A stretch of DNA of 49,211 nt from Trichoplax sp. H2 (lineage: Eukaryota). The notes below the pieces were generated by a model that searched no databases, had not been told where the DNA came from, and was given only the letters and a program-made list of their open reading frames with translations. This document shows, in pieces, positions 35,648 to 48,554 of this stretch. The stretch is taken from contig NOWV01000317.1 of NCBI GenBank assembly GCA_003344405.1, positions 1 through 49,211 of the forward strand, read 5' to 3'. A program made the translations under genes and the position numbers. The stretch's first letter is position 1. Every line of letters starts with the position of its first letter.

Positions 35648-38135
35648 ACCCAAAATCCAAATATTATAGCCAAGAATTATTATCTGTCATCCTATATTCT
35701 TGATGGATTATCGCCGATTAATAGGATCATAGGTACGAAGACATAAGTTCCATAGTTATCAATAGTAACTTATGGTATGCTGCTACATCACTCCCTAATA
35801 CGCTAGATGGTTATTAGCAAACTATTAATTGCTTACTGTTTGCCTTGTTGCAAAAGAAGCAATATTCTAAATTTATATAGCTTAATGAATCAGAAGCATT
35901 AATTACATGGGCGGTAACATTAGCCTTGTAACTGATGCCTTGGATTTAAAATTAATAAATGGTGCTCTAACAAAAGTTCATTAAATTGATTATATGGTTC
36001 TAAATTCTGAATAAAAGCTAACTGAAATATTTAACCTAATATTTGAGTATGATATTCTTCTGATTTTGCTAAAAATATGTTATATAAGCTACATTTTCAA
36101 GAAAATAGTGTTAGCAATTTACGAACAATACTAAAAACCCACAGAAATACAGCCAGTATGGTATAGCATTCTCATAACTAATTACGCCGTTCAATTAACT
36201 CATAAGCTAAATTAAAGCCACCTGGGCTAGCATTAAAATTTTTTTAAATATAGCATGAAATTAAACCATTAATGTTATCTGGTCAATAGATTTTTCGCCA
36301 TTTTAGCATTCTTCATTATTATATTACTGTTTATATCTACAGTCTTTAAATTAAATATAGCACCACGCCCATTGATGAATAGTATAAAAAACAATAAAAA
36401 ATATTTCTCATTAATATTCAATCAATGGCTTTCTTGCTTATTAAGAAAATAATAATAAAATCAAAATTTCAAAATATACCACACCTTCTCATTAATACTT
36501 CGCAAGTAAACTATAAAACTTTATTTATCATTACGGTACGTAAATTCAGCTTTGAGATGCAGATTCCAGAAAGAAAATTTGATAAGGTAGACAGACAATG
36601 AAAGATTTAGTCAGAGGATCGCTCAATGGGATCATATTACAAAAAGTAGAATTGAATACTTAAATAATTCTATCTGAATTACCTTAACTAATCATGCAAT
36701 AAAATCTACCTGACATGAAACTCTACAATTACATTTCAATTACTCTTCACCTGCATAGTATAACAGTATCAATTTTATAGGAAATGTCTGCCATAAAATT
36801 GAAAAAAAAGCAAAATTTTGATGTTTTCGATTATAGACAACAATTAAAGCAGCTTTAGAGTAAGAAAAGGTAAATTTCATGTTTAATTAATCACAATATC
36901 TTTATACTGGAGAGCATTTCAGGTGAAATATTTCAGTAACTTTAATTTTTATCCTTGAAAATTTGTTTCTTAAGATAAAGACTTAAAGTTGATGAAATCT
37001 CAGTCTGAAGATTGGTAAGTAGATTCTTCCACATATTTAAGTAGGGATGTTAACATGTGCATGAAAGTATTTAAGTGTGATATAGTAAATTTCAAATTAA
37101 TAAGCTAATTTCAGTACTGATCAAGGATTAAAGCATCGAAATATAAATTACCGTAGAATCCAATTTTGGACATGCTGTATTCACCCTTATAAGATTTCAT
37201 TAAAAGGGCAACGGTAATAGTTCTTTTAATGAAGTAATGTAAATAATTTTAGTCTGTTAGTATTTAGAATTTATTCAACTTGTCCTCTCAGAAACAAACA
37301 AAGATTTCAAATAAAATTAATCTTATCCATTCAAAAACGTAAAGGAGGTACTGTTCATATCATAGAATATCGTTAATAAATTATGTAGACCTAGCTAACA
37401 GGAAATATTGTTTATTGTCAATTCCATAATCATGCCTAATTTTATATTATTAGCGGTTTTGATTTATAGATAATACAATCTGAAGTGGCTTATAAATCTA
37501 GCCGTAGATGCTAATAGTTTAACTAGATTACTTAACATGGTACTGTATGCCGAAGTAATAATTTGCTATATCAAATGAATCATTAATATTTGAATTTGCA
37601 TCCCTCCGTGCATACACCTGTTAGAGAAAAACTTTTATATAGTTTCTAAAACTTAGTTTTAGTAAGATAATCAATTCAGGAATATAACATTAATAATACA
37701 TCAGGTGAAATTTACATACATCCGCTACGTTTCCCGAATACTTCTAAAAGATATTTATCTATCAACAACAATTAAATTGGAAGATTATCAATGGAGATTT
37801 AGCTCTGTTTATTGAAATTGTTGTATACTTCATAACTGCTCCCTGAGGATGAGAATATCGATAGTATTTTAGTTACTCTATGGGTAAATGTCAAAGTACA
37901 TAAGTTCTCGGTGTTTAATTACTAGTTACAGTTCTATTTTCTCATTAAGAACTCGCTCCAATAACTTACAGAACTCAGCAAGTACAGCATTAATAAATAT
38001 TTTATTGTCTTGTTATGAATTGGATATTTAAACTGCCTTTAACTTAGGATAGCACTTTTACAAACTAGTTTTGGGATGAAACAAGGTTAAATAATAATTT
38101 TTCATTAAAATTACTTTATTATCTTCCTATCACCG

Positions 38136-39573
38136 TGTGACAGTGTTATATACTGTTTTAGAGTAGAGATATCTATGTTAGGATAATTCTGTTAGCCTAT
38201 CCTTATTTAGTTAACTTCCAATTTGGATATACTGTGTTTTAATATAGCATTGACTTTTATGACAGTGACACTTATACACAAACTGAATTAATAGTTATAA
38301 TAGGGAATGTAAATCATCTACTTACAGTTAGAATCATTGTGATTGTAATTTACTTGTGGTAGATTGTAAATTATCGTGGAAATGTTCCGTGATAGGACAT
38401 ATCGTAACCTGACTATTCTGTATTAGTCATCAGATGTCTATGTTTGTATATACTGTTGCCTGCATTAAGAGAACAGTAGCTATAATTAATATCTAATTCA
38501 GTAAATGATTCCAAAGTTAATCGTACTAACTATGACTCATGAACTATTGAGGGAGGGTATATAAATGCAGTATATCGTGTAATAAAGTGAATTCTCAAAC
38601 TTAGTGTAGTAAAGGACTAAAAGTAGAGTCCTTTGTAGCTTTTAGTATGTAATTAGTATTATTTTACTATAGAAAATACCTAGAAAGTGATAGTGTCTTT
38701 AAGTTTTACCCTGCCAAATCATCATGTCGCAATCTTTTCTTCTTCATTATTTTACAAGGTATTATATCGATTACTATAGAAGTAGCCCTAGAGCAAATGC
38801 CTAATCTAAAGAAAGGGCGTTTGATCGTCTATTCAAATTGTAAAGGAACTTGACTTAGTAGCAAAACCCTATCCTTAGAGAAAGGGGATTTATAACATAA
38901 CGATAAAGTACTGTAATATAGTCTATAATGGTACAGCTACCGTACAATCTGACGCTAAAACATCAACTGTCAATACTCGCGAATACTAAGCGATACTAAC
39001 GTCAGAAAGTAGTCATATAATTTTTTTTAATAAGCGATTACTGTGATCTTTATAAAAACCGAATTTTTCCGGATTTGTGTCCGATATAGTTTTCGGATTC
39101 TGGAACCGGTCGGGTTTCTTTTTAATTTATGTCTGAATTAAAACTTTCTTTTTTTTGAAAGGTTGTTTGGTCGTTGACAGTATTTAAGTCTGTGACTTAT
39201 TTTAATATTACTTAAAGCTAAGTATTTGTAAGGTCGTTCGGTTTATACTTCTCTTCATTTATGTTTTTTAATAAGTTGTTGTTCGGTTATTTCCCAAAAT
39301 TTTATTTGGTGTCAAAATATTAGCGTTAAGTCGACCGGAGTGCAACGAAAGTAGAATGAAAGTTTGTTAAAGTTTTGTAGCTTGATCTCTACATTTTTCA
39401 TTTCATTACATTAGTGTTTAACGTAAAATACGAGGCGATTAAGTCTTTGTGTAGTCTGCTAGTAGAGCAAAAGTGTTTGTGATAGTGCAGATATCGTTCC
39501 TTGATACGTGGTTCAATGAATTGACTTATTGATCGTACATTACGTTATCTTGCTGCAAAGCTGTTTTGTGACA
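38136..39573 (+). mobile_element. Solo-LTR-like element, family B (628 bp net), with nested D
   Basis: TGTGACAGTG...TTTGTGACA termini with perfect TSD CACCG (38131-38135/39574-39578). ATGACTCAT at 38532-38540, TATATAAA at 38558-38565, AATAAA at 38581-38586. Confidence 0.93.
38605..39410 (+). mobile_element. Family D element, internally deleted (806 bp), nested in B
   Basis: TGTAGTAAAGG...CATTACA termini with perfect TSD TTAG (38601-38604/39411-39414). Lacks ~570 bp of the middle of 44785-46160. Confidence 0.93.
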
Positions 39574-42500
39574 CACCGATAAATTAATCGTCTTATTTCC
39601 TTACCCTGAGTAATATAGAGAAAATCCTAAAACTATATAATTATGATACTTCGTTGCATAAGCTGTATCCATCTACACAGCAATTATCTTACATATAATC
39701 TCAGATTTATTCATATCAATTTAATAGGGAACGCGTATTAAACGACTTTACTCCTATTGAAGTCCTTATTTATTAAAGATTCCTTATTTATTACTAACTA
39801 GTAATATTGATTTAAGCTGTCCAATTTGCAACCCGTAATTAAGTTGTAATCATCTTATGACTTCCTACCTTCAATAACAATGATGCCAAATAGATGCAGA
39901 TAAAATGGTTAATCCATTACTCGATAGACACTAAATTTCGTTTCTTTGATTGCAATTATGGATCTAACTATTTTTGTTATGATAATTAGACTTTTCTAAT
40001 GATTAATAAACAATTCAGTAGTCGTGCAATTTACCATATCGTAATGATATTGAGAGGAATCTCTTAGCAAACTTTATGTAATTATTCATGTTTACGAGAG
40101 CCTGGACAAATATAATCCGTAAACAATCCTTTTAAGATAGGTTAAGATATTAAACATCTAACTATAGGTATGTTCCACTCGTTAAATTTCATCGTAGTTT
40201 TCGGTAACAATATTAACAGATTAAGAAAACTTCGGTAATTTTAATTGTATATCAAATGGATGAATGTATTTAAGTTGATAACTAATCGAATTGTGTAGCA
40301 TAGCTTTCATTGAAATGTTATTAAATTTATATCTGATTTGAGCCGATATAAATCTGCGATTTTTGTAAATCAGCTAGAATTATTAATTTTCTATTCAGTG
40401 TTACCAGGAGATACAATAAACTATTTTCTGGTGAGAGTTAGTTAAAAAATATTTAATTAATTGCGAAGCCTGATCTTAATTGCTTTATTAGAGGTTTAGC
40501 TTTAAGACTTTGGCTATCAGCAAGTATCGTAACACGTCAGTATTTTTTGATCTAAGAATGTATTACGTATTGTCACTTGGGTAATAATGCAATGTCTTTA
40601 ACATAAATTTTATTAGTAAATCTAGCTAATATGAACAGAAATAGACTAACTAGATTTTCTACAATTACAATAAATCATATTAAACGTCGAAAGGATGCCG
40701 TAGTGCATTAATGCGGGATTGACTTCATTTATATGGGTATGTTCACAAGAACACTTAAATTATATACTAAATAAACCATCACGATATCCTACGAAACAAG
40801 CCTTCATAAGCCCTCTATTATAATTCGATGTACTTTCCATGACGAAAGTATACCAGGCAATTTCCTTAGCAGTATCTGCTGATCATAATCAGAAGACATC
40901 ATTTCTAGACCAGTAGAGTATCTTAAATTACGCAAGAATTTAATTTTATTTGGAAGTATGCCAGCCAAACTGAACAATACTCACATAATGCATAAATGAC
41001 CATTTAATACAACATTTCTTAGCTTAATTATTTTTGTGAAGTCGGCTAGGAATTGGATTATTTAAATACATTATGGAATTCTTTTGTCCAATAAAGAAAT
41101 GTCTATTAATTTGTACTCGAAAATCCTTTATAATATAAAAGAAAAGAGAGCTTTGTATATGACGGCTTTAGAATCAAAGCCAAAAGGATATACCAACAAA
41201 AAAATTACTCTAATATGCGTAACTGTTGATATGAGATTGTAAATGAAAGAGTAAACGATATGATGATACTGCAACGTAACTTTTTTTTATTTTTTTATCG
41301 AGTATCGCGGAAAAGTTATTGCTATTTACCTACATTTTTTAAAATAGCTAAAAATGGTCGTAGACAATAAATCCCATCGGTTTCTTACGAAATCATTTTT
41401 TATTAAATAATTATATTGCCAATGAATTATATACTAAATTGCCTGTAATAAGATCAAGATATAAGAATCATAATATCTCAAAACTTTGCCTTAGGTGAAG
41501 TTTTCGTTTCATGAATACTTGATTATTATACAGTATAATCATGATAAACGAGATACGTTAGATATATTTTCTGAAGTATTTATTATTTATTACTTAATAA
41601 TTTTTACATTAAATTGCATGAATCATAATGCTATGTTTTTGATTACAAAAATATTTTACTAGAATTTGCAATTAAGAATATTTTGATAATATGCTAGGCT
41701 ATGGATTAAAAAATTTAGAGAACAAGTAACTATGTCGAAATCATAGAAATAGTAAAAAAGTATCAACAGAATGTGATCTAATACTTTTGAAAGGGTTGTT
41801 ATGAACTACATTACAATTACAAGAACCAAATCACAAACTGCAACGTTATAAAATGTTTCCTCCAAAGGCAAAGGTATTGCAATGAGTGTCATGGCGATCA
41901 AAAATATTCGGTAGTCAGCATTATTGTCGCTAATCTCTAAAGTGTGGCATTTTAAAGTAGAATTTTAGCCAAAGGATATGAATATTTTATTAAATATGTT
42001 AATGTGCATCCTAAAAGACAGACAGTTTTTAATTCCTTATGCCACAAATAAAGGGATTAAATGCAATATATATTATTTAAGTTATCCTTTATTTTTCTAA
42101 ATTTCCACGCAATATCTTCAAGTAACGAATATGACTACAGCTAAAATTTTACTTTGATTTGATGAGAAAATTAAATAATAGGTGGAAAAGAAATCACAAT
42201 AGGCATACTGATGTTATATTCGAAATATTTACGGGATTTTTCCAGACATTATTAATCCAGACTTATTGTGTACTCAGATTTGATAAGCAATTATAAATGA
42301 AGCATGTCGTATGCACATCGATTTTTATCGATTAAAGCATTTTAGTTACTATAAAATATCTCGGTCAATTAATCATCATTTTATTACATATTCCCATACA
42401 ACTTAAAGATTTATGAGGAATCAAGCAAATTTATCCAAATACATAAATCAGTCAAAGCTTATGAACAATAACCTCAAAAACTGGAAAACCACATCTACCA

Positions 42501-42868
42501 ATCATTTTGTTTTTAATACAAATAATGGTTACCTAATGGGACGCTACTCTGAAGAGAACCTTACAAATTAGCATTAAAAAAAATAAAATATTTGTCAATT
42601 TTAACCTCACAAAGAGAATCAGAACAGGTGCAAGTAATTTAAATTGAATGCATTTCTACAGTATTGGAATAAACGAATGTATAAATATCTTAATGAACAG
42701 GATAAATCGGAACAATTCCTAAGCTTACAATCTTCAAATAAATCGTACAATTCACGTAATAGACGACTGATCAATTTATACTAAGGTTAGATTTTATTAA
42801 ATCTTTTTTAAATCTTGATATTCAACTTTTTAAAAGTCATCATTAAGAGCAAAATCTTATTGGATAGT

Positions 42869-43852
42869 ATGGATCAAATAAATGCAACAGCGACCAAAGA
42901 CTTATACTTTAAACAAGCTCTAAAGGGAATTATATTTTCCACCCTTGGTTTATGTGGTTTAATTTTTAATATTATTGCGGTATGGACACTGATATTGCAT
43001 GCAACACGAAAAAGTTCAATTCCTCATTTAATAGCACTAAAGGATTTTGAGTCTAAAATAACTTTACTCTATCTTCTAATTAATCTCTCCATATCAGATA
43101 TTTTAAATTGCTTCATTTTAACGGCGAATTACATCTACCAAACGATATCTGTCTTTCATGGTCCAAAGAGTATTAGCTATTCCTCGCCTTCGGGTAATAT
43201 TATATGCAAAATTCGACTGTTTTGTATAAGTTTGGCAATAACAAGTTCAGCTATAACATTAGCACTAATTAGCTTACAGCGTTTTCACGAAGTTATTCAC
43301 TTATTAAATGAATCTAAAACACGAAAAAGAAATATTTTAATAGCTGTAGCTACGTGGCTAATACCTATGATAACATCTACTTTATTAGCAGTTATTTATG
43401 GCGTTACTGATCCATTCCCATATTACTGTATCATTAACACCGGCAGTAACTTCTTTATTGCTATCACTTCCATCGCATTTATGTGCTTTACAGTTGTTAT
43501 TCCATTCACTGTCATCACTATCAGTTATACCGGCAATTATATTGTCCGCTATACCATGACTCGTTCAATGCAACTTAATAACATAAAAGGTAAGCATTCA
43601 AAATTAGCATGGAAAGGTAAAGATACCGTATTACCGCTAATTATTATAACGTTCTTAACTTTCGCCAGCTTTACCCCTTTAGTTATTAGCTTTATGCTTT
43701 CATCCTTAAGCAAAATATTTCATAATGAATTTAATAAAAACCCCAAAAGTGATCTTTGGAAATTTTTCCAAATTTCTAGAATATTAACTATCATTCCAGG
43801 TATTATCAATCCATTTATCTATAGAATTATTATCAAAGCTCTGCATCAATAA
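42869..43852 (+). CDS. Intronless, divergent class A GPCR, 327 aa from the first ATG
   Basis: The ORF track start at 42815 is TTG; the ATG at 42869 gives MDQINAT. Motifs: LSISD, CKI...SLQRFHEVIH, TM4 W, P...SY, NPFIY. Very short C-terminal tail. Confidence 0.88.
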   Translation: MDQINATATKDLYFKQALKGIIFSTLGLCGLIFNIIAVWTLILHATRKSSIPHLIALKDFESKITLLYLLINLSISDILNCFILTANYIYQTISVFHGPKSISYSSPSGNIICKIRLFCISLAITSSAITLALISLQRFHEVIHLLNESKTRKRNILIAVATWLIPMITSTLLAVIYGVTDPFPYYCIINTGSNFFIAITSIAFMCFTVVIPFTVITISYTGNYIVRYTMTRSMQLNNIKGKHSKLAWKGKDTVLPLIIITFLTFASFTPLVISFMLSSLSKIFHNEFNKNPKSDLWKFFQISRILTIIPGIINPFIYRIIIKALHQ

Positions 43853-44378
43853 ATCTTATATTTGTTTATTGTAATAATTAACTTCATACTATCTACTATA
43901 ATCATTTGAAAATATTACTTAGAAAGGTAAACTTCCGATACTAGACAGTTACAGAAGGAATTACTTTAGCTGATCTATATTAGTTTGATACGAAATGAAT
44001 TTGATTATGGGCCATTTCATTTCGATAAATATATACAACTTTTTATAGCAATAAATAAATTCAATTCTACGTAGCATATATACTGCAGATTTGTTTCTTT
44101 AACTATAGAGATAGTTTTAGCTCAACTATAGCATTTCCATGAAAATACATGTAATTTCTTTACGACTTTGCACAAATTATTTCTGAATATCACATAATTT
44201 GCAAATAAATCGCTTATTAGTAAGCATTTATAAACTGTCATTTGCAATTTTTTGAGCTATGATCAATTTACTTCATAGAAACATGTTTCTATCATAATAA
44301 AGTAAGTTGTGTTTTTTTAATTCTAAATAAAGTCCGTACAAATGTAATATGTTACATACACGTTTACGTTGTCGTCGG

Positions 44379-46471
44379 TGTCACATTATCTATCACTATC
44401 TGTAATGGTCTGCATAAAATGAAGTATCTCGGAGGGCTGTTATAGATGATGGAACGGTAAAGTACGATATTTACTCTTGTACCAAGTACTGAGAAATGGG
44501 CTGACAGTTTATAGACGGTACCCAAACATGCCGGCATCGTGATAAAGATAACGTAAAACAAATCTCTAAAACTACTATAGTCTCCGGGATTCAGTATCAC
44601 TTAACTACCTCACAAGAATTTAGACGCCTATGCTTCTACGTTAAAACAACTATAAAGCTCTTCTTTTATTCAATTATCTGCCGAGCTTAAATACCCTTCG
44701 GCAGTAGCTATCATGTATGAGTCATAACAGTTCATGAAATTTAGCTCATATAGGATAGCTAAATCAATACAGACAATATCCATGTGTAGTAAAGGACTAA
44801 AAGTAGAGTCCTTTATAACCTTCAGTATGTAACTAGTACTATTTTACTGTACAAAATACCTAGAAAGTGATAGTGTCTTTAAGTTTAACCCTGCCAAATC
44901 ATCACGTCGTAAACTTTTCTTCTTCATTATTTTACAAGGTATTATATAGATTACTATAGAAGTAGCCCTAGAGCAATAGCCTAATCTAAAGAAAGGGCGT
45001 TTGATCGTCTATTCAAATTGTAAATGAATTTGATTTAGTAACAAAACCCTATCCTTAGAGAAAGGGGATTTATAACATGACGATAAAGTACTATAATGTA
45101 GTCTATAATCGTACAGTTACCGTACAATCTGACCCTAAAACATCAACTATCAATACTCAGCGCTACTAACGTCAGAAAAGTATTCGTGATAGTCATATAA
45201 AATTTTATGATTAGCGAAATAGCGATTACTATAATCTTTATAAAATCCGGATTTTGGGGGGATTCGGATTCCGGAACCGGTCGGATTTATATCCAACATA
45301 ATTTTCCTGTTTTAATTTTTGGATTTTAGTTCATGAAAAATATCGTGTAAGAATTGATTTTTGAAATTTAAACTGTTTGTTATGAATTTGAAACTTTGGA
45401 ATTTTATGACGTGACTTGAAGTCACAATAGGAAAGTTAGTTAGGAAAATAGAAAATAAGATGGAAATTGGCAGAGGTTATGTTGATTGTTAAGTAGTTGA
45501 ACTGTAGTTTTTATGACTAAATTTTGATGTTTAAAGGTTGATTTTTATACTTTTATAGAGTATTAATGATAGAAATTAAGTTAGAAGTGAAGTTTGATGT
45601 ATTTTCATAGTTAACTTGTTAGTTTTATAGTGTTTTGTAAGGGTATTGTAGGGTAAATTGTGTCTGAACTTTGAATGATCTTTGTTTTCTTAAATGGTGC
45701 AAAGTAGTTTTCTAAAACGGATCTTGAGGGCGATTGGTTAGCAAATGTTTAGTTTTAAATACCTCTGACGACTCTAAGAAGCCTATAAATGATAGTGAAA
45801 TTAGAAAATTTAGACAGAGAGTAGAAGAAGATTTTATTTGAAGAACTTGTTGAATTTAAAAGGCCTTCGGGGTCGAATTGTCGCAAGTTAAATCGTTGTC
45901 GTTTTTGAAAGGTTGTTTGGTCGTTGACAGTTTTTAAGTCTGTGACTTATTTTATTAATACTTAAAGCTAAGTATTTGTAAGGTCGTTCGGTTTATACTT
46001 TTCTTCATTTCTGTTTTGTAATAAGTTGTTGTTTGGTTATTTCCCAAAATTTTATTTGGTGTCAAAATATTAGCGTTAAGTCGACCGGAGTGCAACGAAA
46101 GTAGAATGAAAGTTTGGTAAAGTTTTGTAGCTTGATCTCTACACTTTTCATTTCATTACACATGATTATGGACAAATACTGAATGATTCTAGCTAATTAG
46201 ACTACAGTACGCCCTTACACAGAATTATTTATAGTGTCATCTATAATTAAATATCTTCAGGATATTCATCACAAGCGTTACAAGACATAACACTATAATC
46301 AATTAATATTAGTTGCCTTATGAGAAATCTTACAGCAACACAGCATAACTTACTGTAACAAAATAATAACTACCGTAGTTCTTACTGCAAGTCATTATTA
46401 GTTATCGCCATATATAAATGTTAAACACTAAATTTGATCATTTGCTCTTCACGGTGGTTCGTACCATGACA
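44379..46471 (-). mobile_element. Divergent family A relative (A') hosting a family D element
   Basis: On the minus strand it starts TGTCATGGTACGAACCACCGTGAAG at 46471. 44525-44725 is homologous to the family A 3' half. The left boundary is uncertain (a TGTCAC at 44379, or ~44523). No TSD found. Confidence 0.7.
44785..46160 (+). mobile_element. Solo-LTR-like element, family D, complete (1376 bp)
   Basis: TGTAGT...ATTACA termini with perfect 4-bp TSD CATG (44781-44784/46161-46164). TATAAAT at 45784-45790. Non-coding. Confidence 0.94.
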
Positions 46472-47123
46472 TCATTATAAGATATTCTATAGCTATAAAT
46501 CGAAATACTCGTATATCTCTAATCCTATACGTCAAATTTGTTTGAATTTAGGTTAAGATATTCTTCAAATAAATCATGATTAAGAAAGCAACTGTCTAAA
46601 ATTGAGTTTGCAATAATGGTAAATATAATAAAGCTATAAATAAAACTACTGACCTAAGTGATCATTCATTAAACGTAAAATACGCAACAAAGTAATTTAT
46701 AGACAAAGCTTTTACTAATACAGACACCATTGCAACCTTACCTCACTTACATTATTCCAATTTACGAATTAACTATCTTGCCAGTAAAACAACTTTAGTC
46801 CAACTAATTATTATACCTAGCTGTGAAAAGTATCTCGAACTGAAATAGCCCTATCATGCTTTATCTATAAACGAATATTTTTTATGTTATTTCTGACACA
46901 TAATCTTGATCTAGTAATGATTACTGTCAAGTTTCATTACTGTGAGGAAGAATTTTAATTATCTTACTACAATCTATACATACAATAACAATCAATACCA
47001 AGTATACATTAGCCTATCGTAAGTAATATTCGAGTTAAAACATTACGTATCTAATCTACCACTACTATTATATTTTTAACCATATTAAATACTTTCTTAA
47101 GATTTAGCTATTTTATAGGTAAG

Positions 47124-47788
47124 TGCCACAAAACAGCTTTGCAACAAGATAATGTAATGTTCGATCAATAAGTCAATTCCTTTAACAACGTATCAAGGAA
47201 CGATATCTGCACTATCACAAACACTTTTGCTCTACTAGCAGACTACACAGAGACTTAGACGCCTCGTATTTTACGTTAAACGCTTTGTTTAAGAATCCAC
47301 TTTATTACACGATATACTTCATTTATATGCTCTTTCTCAATAGTTCATGAGTCATAGTTAGTACGATTTACTTAGGAAGCATTCACTGAATTAGGTATTA
47401 ATTTTAGCTACTGGTCCCTTAATTATTATTAAATGCAGCTAACAGTATTTACGAACGTAGACATCTGATGACTAATACGGAATAGTCAGATTACGCTATG
47501 CCCTATCACGGAACATTTCCACGATAATTTACAATCTACCGTAAGTAAGTTACAATCACAATGATTTCAACTATAAGTAGATGATTTGCATTCTCTATTA
47601 TAACTAATAATTTCAGTATGTATGTAACATATATAGGTTTCTATATACTGTATGCCACTGTCATAAAAAGCCAGTTCTATATTAAAACACTGTATATCCA
47701 AATTAGAAGTTAACTAAATAAGGATAGGCTAACAGAATTATCCTAACATAGATATTTCTACGCTTATTCAGCATATAACATTGTCACA
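47124..47788 (-). mobile_element. Solo-LTR-like element, family B (665 bp)
   Basis: Reverse complement of family B. TGCCAC...GTCACA termini with TSD GTAAG/GTAAC (4/5). Confidence 0.9.
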
Positions 47789-48112
47789 GTAACGTATTAT
47801 TATAACAACTGCAAACTGTAATTCTTTATAGTGATAGAAATTTTTTATTTCGTTGATTATAATTATTTATTATAATCATCGAAGGCCAGATAAAGGATGG
47901 AATTTATCGCTAGATATGTTACAGACTTAGAATTGTATTACCTAAGCTAAAACATGTAAGTAAAATCTTAATAATTATACACATTGAACTGTCTCAGATG
48001 ATATTTTGATTCGAAGATCTGGTATCAAGATGTTTTTCGTAACACTAGCCAATTTTTAAGCTTTCGTAATTCCATACAAAACCATGCAAAATAAAACTAC
48101 ATTCTATATATG

Positions 48113-48554
48113 TGTCACGGTACGAACTACCGTGAAGAAATAGCTATCTAAATTTTGTGAATATATTATAGTGATAATATATTTCAACTAGTTACTTACA
48201 ATAGGAATTACTCTAATTATAAATGTGTTACAGTAAATTTAATGCTGTGCTGTAATGTGTACTGAAATGATTCTGTGAATGGACATGTTGTAGTCCGAAT
48301 ATGAAAAATTATTTAGTAGATATTCTCACCTAAGTATTTTTATAAGATTAGTCATGAATGTTAGCTGCTGTAGAAGGGTATATAAGCCCGTCAGATAGTT
48401 GAATAAAGTAGTTCTCAATTGTCTAGTTGAGTTTAAAGTAGAAGCAAAGGCGTCTAAATTCTTGTGAGATAGTAAAGGGATACTGAATCCCGGAGACTAT
48501 AGTAATTTAGAGATTTGTTTTACGTTATTTTTGTCACGAAGCTGGTTGGTGACA
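48113..48554 (+). mobile_element. Solo-LTR-like element, family A (442 bp)
   Basis: TGTCAC...GTGACA termini with perfect TSD ATATG (48108-48112/48555-48559). TATATAAG precedes AATAAA. Confidence 0.93.

Noticed and set aside
37670..37780. YNINNTSGEIYI, reminiscent of a cadherin repeat
   Set aside because: Too short, followed by a stop, and no other cadherin motifs were found.
44364..44600. 78-aa ORF
   Set aside because: It lies within the A' element end, with a non-ATG start.
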